Source: Felis catus | Taxonomy: Eukaryota | NCBI RefSeq assembly: GCF_018350175.1 | Contig: NC_058368.1 | Location: 130,760,001 to 130,824,000 of the forward strand | Direction of reading: 5' to 3' | DNA length: 64,000 nt | Shown here: positions 53,285 to 64,000 of the stretch, one piece after another | How the letters are laid out: every line of letters starts with the position of its first letter | Numbering within the stretch: position 1 is the stretch's first letter | The notes under the pieces: generated by a model | The model's database searches: none | Told to the model about the DNA's origin: nothing | Seen by the model: the letters and a program-made list of their open reading frames with translations, nothing else | Made by a program: the position numbers and the translations under genes

Positions 53285-53749
53285 ATCAAGATCCTTGAGA
53301 TGTCTGGTATACACTGAGTTAAAATATTATTTCTGAATGAATAAATTTAAGGAACTCACTTGTTACTAGCCATTTTTACAAAGTAAAGAAAAATTATTTC
53401 ACTATGCTACTCAAATTATGCATAAAACAGTATAGCACTATAGTGAAGACATAAATGAATCCACTGGGGATGGTACCAATATAGATAATACGAGACAAAA
53501 ATCCACTTGGACTGCCCTGTGAAAAGCCTAATGATTTTCAAGCAGAATATGGAAATATGCAGAAATATGAAAAAGGATAAAAAGAATAAAGATTAAGGGT
53601 ATAGAGTACATATTTAAAAGAACAAGGCTTCTCAGGGACTTTGTCTTAAAACATATCACAAAGTATTTTCACATATTATTTATTTTCAGCCTGTAAGCCA
53701 AGATGTATTACATTTATTATATTTCTGTTACCACCCCTTTTGTCTACTG

Positions 53750-54050
53750 AGTATCATAAAAGCTCAAGGTTGGAAGGGATATTATGAGTCCCCTAGTTAG
53801 TTTATCTGGTGATGACTGAGTCACCATGATGTCATCCTTAACAACTGTTGTACAACCTAGGATTCGATATCTCAAGTAACTGGAAATTTATAATACCAGA
53901 AACAGGCTATTCCATCTTTGAGTAGAAATAACCACCAGAACATATGCCCTTACTCTGAACCTAACCCTTTTTCACCTTTGGTTCCACTTCTTGAAGTCAT
54001 CAGAAATTAGTGTAGGCTATACTGTACATTATAAACCACTTTAGAAATAC
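53750..54050 (-). mobile_element. CR1/L3 relic
   Basis: ggttggaagggat...ggctattccatctttg motifs. Confidence 0.5.
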
Positions 54051-54996
54051 ATACTCTCTTCCCCACTTTGCCTTTTATTTTAAAAACTAAACATCCTCTT
54101 GGCTCTGTGCCTGCAGCTGTTTGATGACTTCTCCTCCAAACACACTTGTTTAAAAGGTAGGTTCACTATGGTTGGGATAAGCCAGGGCTCTGACAATTAT
54201 TACTTTAGCAAATCAGTATATGGGTATGGAGCTTGGAATCAAATCATACTGATAAAAAAGATGTTAGCAGACAGTCTAAGATTTACTGCTGACTACCAGT
54301 CTATAGTCTTAGAAGCAATGATAATCAATACAATTCAAAGGAAAAGAAATAATTACATACCTTTCTGTGATTAATGATGAAAAGATTGTCATTCTATCTG
54401 ATGAAATACATAAACTGTGCTAAAAAAGGAAAAAGGAAATCAAGTAGATTCTTCATTTAGTATTATGAGCTTAACACAAGATCTCATTTATTTTACTTTT
54501 TATTTAGTCTGACCAAACACACACAAGCATCCATTCTCTATCACTGCAGGCCTTATGCACATTTTAGAAGCTCACTTGACCAACACCATTGTTTTTGTGT
54601 ATTCAAACGTTTTCATCTCCCAAACTTGTAGTGTTTGTGAAAAACCAAGCCAAAGACATTGCTTCAATAAAATTCAGAGTGTTAAATATTTATCCAGAGT
54701 AATTAAAATTTTTCTGCAGTTAATATGTGAGTTGTTACATAATTACAGTTCTCAATACATTAGTATGAAATAATGCTTAACTCTACTATAAAACTGGGGC
54801 TCACTCATTCAAAGACCACTTATTCAGCATCTACTCTGTGTCATGGAATATTCTTGTGATGAGTAGACTTTGGCTTCGATGGTTGTGTTCCATTCCTTCT
54901 AGTCTCTTTGACAGCTGATTGGACATGCTCATAGCCTGGTCATCTTTATCAAGTTGTTACAGGATTTCTCATGCACTACACTCATTCAGTACTATA

Positions 54997-57409
54997 TGGC
55001 ATATTTCATCAATTCCAAGATACTAATTTTACCCCACATTTTGGTGTCTCTTAAGTTGGAATATATCTTAAGACAGTTTTGTTGTTGTTGTTGTTTTGTT
55101 TTGTTTTGTTTTGACAGCCAGGCAACAGTCAAGTGGGGTACCTTTTAAAAATGCTAAATCCCCAATATTCTTTATGGGAAAGAAGATGATTCTGCATACA
55201 AAAAAATGTCATTGTTGACTTAGAATTGAAAAGTAACTCAAAAGACTCTTTAGAGGAAACATACATCAACATCATAAAGGCCATTATATGAAAAACCCAC
55301 AGCCACTATCACCTTAAATGGGGAAGAAATGAGAGCTTTCCCCAAATTTTTAGGATGAAGACAGTGATGTCCTTTTTTACCACTGTTATTTAACATGGTA
55401 CTCGCACTCCTAGTCTCAGCAATCAGACAACAAAAAGAAATCAAAGGTATCCAAATTGGCCAGGAAGAAGTAAAACTTTTACCACCTGCAGATATTTGCC
55501 ATCATACTCTATATAGAAAACCTGAAAGTTTCCACCAAAAAAAAAACTACTAGAACTGATATATGAATTCAGTAAAGTCACAGGATACAAAATCAATGTA
55601 CAGAAATCTATTGCATTTCTATACACCACTAATGGAGCAGCAGAAAGAAATCAAGGAATCAATTCCACTTACAAGTGTACCAAAAACAGTAAGATACCTT
55701 GGAATAAACCTAACCAAGGGGGTCAAACACATGCACACTGAACATTATAAACCACTGATGGAAGAAATTGAAGATGACACAAAGAAATGGAAAAAAAACT
55801 CCATGCTCACAGATTAGAAGAATAATTATTATTAACATGCCTATACTACCAAAAGCAATCTACACATTTAATGTAATCCCTATCAAAATACCACCAGCAT
55901 CCTTCACAGAGCTAGAGCAAACAATCCTAAAATTTGTATGGAACCACAAAATACCCTGAATGGCCAAAGCAACCTTGAAAAAGGAAAAACAAAACTGGAA
56001 GCGTGACAATTCTGTACTTCAAGTTACATAACAATGCTGTAGTGATCAAGACAGTATGATACCGGCACAAAAATAGACACATAGATCATGGAACAAATTA
56101 GACAGCCCAGAAATGAACCCACAACTATATGGTAAACTAATCTTCGACAAAGTAGGAAAGAATATCCAATCAAGAAATGGTGTTGAGAAAACCGGATAGC
56201 AAAATGCAAAAGAGAGAAAGGGGGCCACTTTCTTACAGCATACACAAAAATAAATTCAAAATGGATTAAAAACCTAAATGTGAGACCTGAAACCTTAAAG
56301 ATTTTAGTAGAGAACAAAGGCAGTAAGTGCTCTGACATCAGCCATAGCACATGAAAGGATGCTCAATATCACTCACCATCAGGGAAATACAAATCAAAAC
56401 TACAATGAGATATCATCCCACACCAGTCAGAAATGGCTAAAATTAACACAGGAAACAACAGGTGTCGGTAAGGATGCATTAAAAGAGAAAGCCTCTTTCA
56501 CTGTTGGTGGAAATGCAAACTGGCGCAGCCACTATGGAAAACAGTATGGAGGTTCCTCAAAGAGTTAAAATAGAACTACCCTATAATCCAGCAATTGTAC
56601 TACTAGGTAGTAAGAAAACAAAAATAATACTTCAAAGGGATACATGCATTTTGATGTTTATAGCAGCATTACCTACAATAGTCAAATTATGGAAACAGCC
56701 CAAATGCGCATCCATTGATGAATGGATAAAGATGTGCTTTGTATATACAATGGGATATTATTCAGCCATCAAAAGGGATGAAATCTTGCCTTTTGCATAA
56801 TATGGATGGAACTAGAGGGTATTATGCTAAGCAAAATAACACAGGGAAAGAAAAATACCATGTGATTTTACTCATGTGTGGAATTTAAGAAATAACACAA
56901 ATGAGCAAAGGAAAACAAGGGAGAGTGGCAAACCAAGAAACAGACTCTTAACCACAGAGAACAAACTGATGGTTTCCAAAGAGGAGGTGCTGTGGGGGGG
57001 TTAAATAGGTGATGAGGATTAAGGAGTACACTTGTGATGAGTAGCGGGTGTTGTATAGAAGTGTTGAGTCACCATGCTGTACCTGAAACTAATATTACAC
57101 TGTATGTTAACTAACTGGAGTTTAAATAAAAACTTCTACCAATGAAAGGTAACTCAAAGGATTCAAATACAATATGTGGGAAGTTTTAGGAATATCTCAA
57201 TCAGTTTATTTTATGTCCTGTGTTATATATGCACAAAAGTGGCATATGATTAAAACACCTTTCTATGCAAGTTTTTTTCCTAAGTACAATATAAAAATTC
57301 CAAATAAGATACCAGCGTATTATGATTTGATTGGCAGTGTTTCTTCCATTAAAGTAGTACCTAAACTATTTTACAATAAATAACATCTTAGAGTTAATGA
57401 AGAAAGTAT
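54997..57409. mobile_element. TcMar Kanga/MER104-like DNA transposon split by L1
   Basis: termini atatttcatcaattccaagat ... catcttagagttaatgaagaaag are imperfect inverted repeats. Confidence 0.55.
55247..57133 (+). mobile_element. 5'-truncated LINE-1 (RT to 3' UTR) with internal deletion near 56348
   Basis: ORF2 peptides YLGINLTK and [20 protein letters not shown] gaaa(a/g)gtaactcaaa(a/g)ga at 55228/57144. Confidence 0.95.
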
Positions 57410-57714
57410 ACAACGCAAAATGGTAACGGGAACATAAAATTGTAGTTGGAGTGCAAATATTAGAGAAAGGAGTCAGTCGCAAATGGCATGATTATCAATC
57501 ATGTGAGTAGGAGCATCCCTGAGATTTTGAGGTGTGATATTTTGGGGTTCCAGTTTGGTACGCCATGGAGAAAACCTTAAGAGATTCAAGAAGCTGTCCT
57601 CATTTGATACCCTCAGCCTAACACCTCTTGGTATATTTCCTGGAAATGTATTTTTGAACCTACTGCAGTACAAAATCCATCCCTCTTATTGCATAATATA
57701 TTCATGAGTATCAA

Positions 57715-57925
57715 GAGTATCAATTACAGCCAGGCTTCCTGAGCTTCTATCCCACCTTTACCATTTTTCTAGCCAGCCCTATGTTTTGGGGCAGGTTACT
57801 CAAACTCATTGGGTCTCAGTTGCCTCATTCACAAAACAAGCATACTAATAAAACTTACCTCCTTGTGTTATGGGCACTAAATTTGCTAATATTTGTAATA
57901 TGTGGAATATAGTAAACACTATATT
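57715..57925 (+). mobile_element. MIR
   Basis: gggcaggttactcaaactcattgggtctcagttgcctcat core. Confidence 0.75.
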
Positions 57926-58939
57926 AAACAGAAAAGTGACCTAATAACAACTTCGGCAGAACAGTTACTTTTAACTGGGCGGCCTTCAGGAACACGGACA
58001 GACAGACCCACACACACAGAGTTCAGACTTCTACAGCATCCTACTTTATCTTCCTGCCATAAAAACACAGTACACTAAATAGAATACAACCTTTCACAAC
58101 CAAAATTTCATAACCATCAAAGTCTTCATTAGCAATAATAAACTTTACTTCCCTCTGCAAATATACATATAAACACCTTTAGTGACTAAACAATGTAATT
58201 GACCACTCATGAACCCTGATCCTTGAAATGAACCTCTGATAGGAGCTTATATCAGTTTTCTCACCTGCTCTTTATATAAGAAAGTAGAATTCAGGGTTCA
58301 TTGAGGATGCAAGTTGATCAGGTTTCAGTTCACCAAACTTTACTAATTTTCAGATTTATACCCACAATAAAATTTCAACTAACTAGAAATTAGTATAATC
58401 GTTATCAAAATTGTACAGCTTTTTCATAGACATTCCAATATGCACATGCTCATCCAAGGGTAATCATAGCCTATCTAACTTAATTTTCTAATAATTGCAT
58501 TTAGTTTTAGAACTTCAATAAAGATGTACATAAAGTCAATCCTTAGACCTTACTTAGTTCTCACCCTGAATAAAAAATTCCAGAACTTGTACTGGCGCTA
58601 CACACCCTTGTTCTCACCACCCTAAACTTGGCATATATATTCAATGATGCTCTTAGGCTACAAGGAAAAGAATTATAATGAGATCACAAGATAATGATTT
58701 TTATAGATCCTCTTCCTAGAAAGGTGGGAAGAGTGTTTGGATGTAGCAATAAATGGACTATAAACGTCTACCTGCCAGCCTGTCAGATGGTAAGTGGAAC
58801 AGGAGTGACTTCTCCTTGGCAAGGACCCAGGGTATTAGAGCTTGAAAAGAAAGGAGACCATTCAGGCATCTTTAAAGAAGGAGAAGAGACAGGGTTCTGG
58901 ATGACATTCTAACTAAGGTGGTTATGTGGCAGTTGGTAG

Positions 58940-59370
58940 CTAGAAGAGGCTCACTTCTACTCCTCCATCCGTACTCTGCAATCCAGCTATATAGACTACT
59001 GTACTTTACCAAACATTCCATGCTTTTTCACTTCATGGCTTTGAATATGCATTTTGTTGTTGTTGTTGTTGTTTGTTTTGTTTTGTCTTTTCTCACTGTC
59101 TTTCCACTTGGCTCATTCCAGGGGACATTTCAAGATTCACTTCCAACATGACTACTCCAAGAGTCTGCCCTAACTCACAATCTCAAAAGCTTTAATTAGG
59201 CCCCATTTTATACTTATTGAAGTTCTATTATTTTGTTTATTATAGTGCATTGTAATGATTGGTTTGCTTATGTGCCTCCTCTCTAGATAGTGTGGTCCTT
59301 AAAGGTAGAAACTAGTAAACAATCCTTTACCTATCATATATTATGACTACAACAAATGTTTACTGAATTC
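58940..59370 (+). mobile_element. L2 3' fragment
   Basis: ctagatagtgtggtccttaaaggtaga...aacaaatgtttactgaat. Confidence 0.65.
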
Positions 59371-59399
59371 TAGCTTCTGGTGAGCCATATAGATGTGAC

Positions 59400-59602
59400 T
59401 TTTTTTTTAATGTTTCTTTTTGAGAGAGACAGAGCCTAAGTGGGGGAGGAGCAGAGAGAGAGAGGGAGACACAGAATCTGAAACAGGCTCCAGGCTCCAA
59501 GCTGTCAGCACACAGCCTGACGTGGGACTCGAACTTGGGAATGGCAAGATCATGACCTGAGCTGAACTTGATGCTTAACTGACTGAGCCACTCAGGTGCC
59601 CC
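59400..59602 (-). mobile_element. SINEC
   Basis: TSD tagat(g/t)tgacttt. Confidence 0.94.
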
Positions 59603-59994
59603 TAGATTTGACTTTAAAATTTGGGAAAACCCAAATAAGATTCCCCTAAAAAAAAAAGCGTTTGCACTCTTTGTTCATTATAATGCTTAGCATCAAATTC
59701 TTACTCTCTGAAATAAGTTTTCATCATTGACACCTCATTTCTTTTTTTCTTACTAACTCAATGTTTCTGCCATAGTGTTTAGCCTAACCAAGACCATTAT
59801 ATGGCTGACTGTGAGACATATTAGGCTCTATTATTCACACAAGAGCACCAAAGTTTTCCATTTAATGTGGTAAGCAAAATTCTCTTTGACATTCACAGCA
59901 GTCATTTCACACAAACCAAACCTTTTTCATCAGTGTATATTGTACTCATTTTCAATTTACAATGGTGGTTTTTGAACACCACCAGCTGAGGACG

Positions 59995-59997
<3 letters not shown>

Positions 59998-60035
<38 letters not shown>
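59998..60035. repeat. (TG)n microsatellite
   Basis: visible array. Confidence 0.95.
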
Positions 60036-60038
<3 letters not shown>

Positions 60039-61613
60039 AATTTGGCATATGTATAGCCTCTCCTTATCCTCATTTCTCTGTGTTTTTTTTTCTATTTCAT
60101 ATTTACTTTCCAATTCCCTTTTTTTCTCCCTAATTTTATGAACAAGCATTCACAAGCTCATCACTGCATTCCAGAAGGACACATAGGAATTACCATGACC
60201 AACTTACTTAAAAGGCTAGATAAAGGATGAGAAACTGCCTTTGAAAAGAAAAAAAAAAAAGAAGATGATTTAATGATGGATGCTTTAATGTCTCTATTTG
60301 CAAATACTCTGTACATATTACCACCATCTGAAGATGAATTACTTGAAGGAAGGAAAAGTATTTGGTTTTTTCCTTATCTCTTTAAACCAAAGCTGAATTT
60401 TTTAGATTGGCCCATTGGTCCTATGCCTTTCACATTTGCTTTTGAGGCACTATCATACTATAGTTTATTCAGAATTGCAGATGTACACACTACACGTGGG
60501 GACAAATGAGATGACTTATTTGTCTATTGAATCTTTAATGATGCTTCTCAGAGAAGACTTCAGAGGGAACTTTTGAAAAGTTACCAGACGGCACAGTAAT
60601 GAGATACTGCCTTCAATTCAGTGTTGAACTGGGACCAAGTGAACTAATAAGCAGTTGTTTCCATGGAGTAATATTTCAAAAACAATCCCAAATGAATACT
60701 CCCAAGAATTTTAAAGTCAACCGCACATTTTCCCAGTATCAATTTTTAAAAAATTTCTTCTTACAATCGCTCCCATTTTTTTTCTAAAGTACATTCTACA
60801 GTTGTAGTATTTCAAAAAATTGGAAGTCTTTTTCCAAGGAGAGCATAGTTTTTCAAGTTTTTAATGACCTCACTCCATATTTGAGAAACGGTTGACTTTC
60901 TATGGCTGAGCAGATCTCAGGCTGTTAAAGTAGTTAAATAATTTTCATTTCACGGTTATTTTCATAGCAGGTTGAGCCAGATGAAGGGACCCCTTTTCAA
61001 GTAAAAAAAAAAAAAGAAAAAATGAGTTCAACTGGAAATTTCACGTGGCTCAATTTAGTGTGTGTGTTATTTAGGATTATATATTTTAACCCAGTACTGA
61101 TTAAAACATCAAACAGCCCAATAATGATATCAAATAGCTACCACCAAAAAAGCGCTTCTTCATATTTAAAAACATCATGTAAATAAACCTATCGATAACA
61201 ATTAAATTAAAAATTACCCTACTTATGTTTCTCTAAGTGGAATATGCATGTACACAATAGCATTCATTTCTTATTTAAGCTTGGAATTTTGTGTTTTTGT
61301 TTTTTTTTGCTTTGTTTTGTGTTTTTTTTTTTTTTTTGCCACATAGTTATACAAAGATAACTATTTTTTTGTCATTTTGTTCTTTATTTGCAACTCCATA
61401 CCAGGGTTTTAATAACGACATTCGTCATCTGGATTTCCTGTCCTCAACCTTCAATTACTAAGAAAACAAAAACCTCAGAGGTAGACTGGGGCCAACAAAG
61501 AAGACAACAGAAAACATGGGTTACTGAAGAATGAATAATAGATATAGAAAGGTCAAAGTCTGAATAAAACAAAATTGTAATTATCAGTAGTAGCATTAAT
61601 AATAATGATGATA

Positions 61614-61825
61614 GGGGCGCCTGGGTGGCGCAGTCGGTTAAGCGTCCGACTTCAGCCAGGTCACGATCTCGCGGTCCGTGAGTTCGAGCCCCGCGTCGGG
61701 CTCTGGGCTGATGGCTCAGAGCCTGGAGCCTGTTTCCGATTCTGTGTCTCCCTCTCTCTCTGCCCCTCCCCCGTTCATGCTCTGTCTCTCTCTGTCCGAA
61801 AAATAAATAAACGTTGAAAAAAAAA
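61614..61825 (+). mobile_element. young SINEC_Fc
   Basis: near-consensus; TSD aataatgatgat. Confidence 0.97.
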
Positions 61826-62944
61826 ATAATGATGATGATAAATAACCACATAGGTCACATTCAAATGTTCTATATCTCAAGAAAGATAAATATTTTTCAG
61901 TCCAATTGCAATTCTTCTCACATCACTGTGAAGGCATGTTAAGCAAGGCCTCTCAGAAAACAAAACACAACAGTGTGTTGATAAATGATGATGGGAGTAT
62001 TGATGAACTTCTGCTTAATTTGAAATCCTTGGCAGGTGAAAAATTTTAAGCATATATAAAGATATTATCTGAAAGTCCTAGAAATCACTCTATAATTTTC
62101 AAGTAAATCTTATCTCAGAAAATATTTCTAAAAAATGGTAAATTTATAATGACTTTCATTTTAGACTCTCCTCCATCTGTGATGTTGATGGTTTCTGGGA
62201 AAAAAAAATAAAAATATGATTTATAATGATCTTGCTCCCTGAGAAACTATAGACATTCTTTTAATGTACTCACATCTGATCTTTTTGAAGTTGAAAACTG
62301 AAACCTCACGTTTTCTGTCACAGGTTGTATAAAGTGATTACTTATATTGGCAACCTAAGATATTACAAGTCAAAAAAGGATGCACGATTGTTTTTTATGA
62401 ACAAAAGTTAACATATGTTTTTGAGATTATAAAACCCATGTGCAATTAAAAAGTGCTCACTTATTCTATGCCCCCATTCATCTATTCATTGATCAAATAT
62501 ATGCCCCTAAGTGCCATTATGCATCAACACTTTATGTAGACTAGGCCTTTTGTTTCAGGTCCCGATTCTCACTTAAGTGCCTCGTACAAAATTTTTCAAT
62601 AAAAATCTTTTTATCAGACCAAAAAAGAGATGACAATAAGGTACACACCATTAGATGTGAATCCAGATGTGTCTTGAGGTCATTTTCTAAATTTATGATC
62701 AAGGTAAGATTAGTTTCAAATACTATTGGATGCCTTCTAAAATGTCCAATGCAGTGTCTTTTTCTGATCATCTCTGGGGTCTTAAGGTCTTAAGATCATT
62801 CCTTGGTTCAAATTCTGGTCTCCACGGAATTCCTTTTCCCCTCTCTGTGTCTTGCTGCAAGCCCAAAACTGAATTTGGCATTTAAACATTATACATGGTC
62901 CAGACACTCTTTTATGTAAATTAGTTGTCAACATACAGAGATCA

Positions 62945-64000
62945 GGAAATTTTATCCCAGATGTCAAGATACACCACACAAAGCTACAGTTATCAAAGCA
63001 ATATGATACTGGCACAAAAATCGGCACATAGATGAATGGAAAAAAATAGCCCAGGAATAAACCAATACCTATGTGATCAACTAATCTATGATAAAGGAGA
63101 CAAGCATATACAGTGGGGGAAAAGACAGCCTTTTCAATAAATGATGTAGGGAAAACTGGATAGCTACATGAAAAAGAATGAAACTGGTCCACTGTCTTAT
63201 AGCATACACAAAAATCAACTCAAAATGGAACTAGGAACTAAACGTGAGACCGGAAGTCATAAAATTCCTAGAAGAAAACAGAGGCAATTATCTCTTTAAC
63301 ATTGGTCTTAACATCACTTTTTAGGTATGTCTCCTTAAGAAAGGGATATAAGAGCAAAATTAAACTATCGGGACTATACCAAAAGAGAATACTTTTTCAC
63401 AGTAAAAGAAATCATCAACAAAATAAAAAGGCAACCTCGTGAGTGGGAAAAGATATTTGCAAATAACTTGTCCGATAAGGGGTTAATACCCAAAATGTAT
63501 AAAGAGTAAAACTCAACACCAAACAAAAAATAGGTAAATAAATCTGTTTTTAAAATAGGCAGAGGACCTGAATAGACATTCTTCCAATTAAGATACAAAG
63601 ATGGCCAACATGCACTTGAGAAGATGCTCAATATCTCTAATCATCAGAGAGGTGGAAGCCAAAACCACAATGAGATACCGCCTCACAGATGTCAGAATAG
63701 CTATCATCAAAAGGACAAGACACAGCAAGTGTTGGTGAGGGTGTGGAGAAAAAGAAACCCTCATGAGCTGTTGGTGGGAATGCAAATTGGCGCAGCCACT
63801 ATGGAAAACAGTATGGAGGTTCCACAAAAAAATAAAAATATAAATACCATATGACCCAGTAATTCTACTACTGGGTATTTACTAAAAGAAACCAAAAACA
63901 CTAAATTGAAAAGATATGCCTAAAACTATGTTTATTGCAGCATTATTTACAATAGGTAAGATATGGGAGCACCACAAGCATCTGTCAATAAACAAATGGA
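62945..64000 (+). mobile_element. LINE-1 ORF2 3' part, runs off the window
   Basis: homology to the other L1 copies (gggaaaagatatttgcaaat, cagccactatggaaaacagtatggaggttc). Confidence 0.95.

Noticed and set aside
49590..54419. Further minus-strand exon candidates (about 49590-49644, 50260-50312, 54361-54419)
   Set aside because: Weak or mutated sites and no phase support
60273..60509. 78-aa ORF MMDALMSLF...
   Set aside because: Appears to overlap an L2-like fragment; no splice or homology support
61405..61480. Plus-strand exon-like segment (ataccag|GGTTTT...GAG|gtagac)
   Set aside because: Isolated, with no partner exons; shows the chance rate of splice-like motifs
123..63854. Most ORFs in the supplied track as genes
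   Set aside because: They are sense or antisense translations of L1, SINEC (MAQSVKRLTSAQVMIS..., GAPGWRSRLSV...) or microsatellites
1..64000. CRISPR arrays, operons, rRNA, CpG-island promoter
   Set aside because: Mammalian repeat-rich DNA; no spaced repeat arrays, and CpGs are confined to young SINEs

Overview
AT-rich felid (cat-like) nuclear DNA, identified by its carnivore tRNA-derived Can-SINEs, including young SINEC_Fc-type copies. More than half of the window is interspersed repeat: degraded LINE-1 pieces, about 24 SINEC copies, MIR/L2/CR1 relics, ERV1/ERVL/MaLR solo LTRs, MER5A and Kanga/MER104-like DNA transposons, and microsatellites. Almost all ORFs in the supplied track are L1/SINE read-throughs. 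I recognise no intact named gene. The main non-repeat signal is a series of minus-strand exon-like segments with canonical AG/GT boundaries, running from about 44.4 kb down to 2.4 kb. A tight cluster at 36488-37775 splices into an open frame of about 92 codons, while most other segments carry stops or frameshifts. This suggests a large decaying (possibly unitary) pseudogene, or a truncated fast-evolving gene, of unrecognised family. Repeat subfamily names come from recognition by eye and boundaries are approximate.
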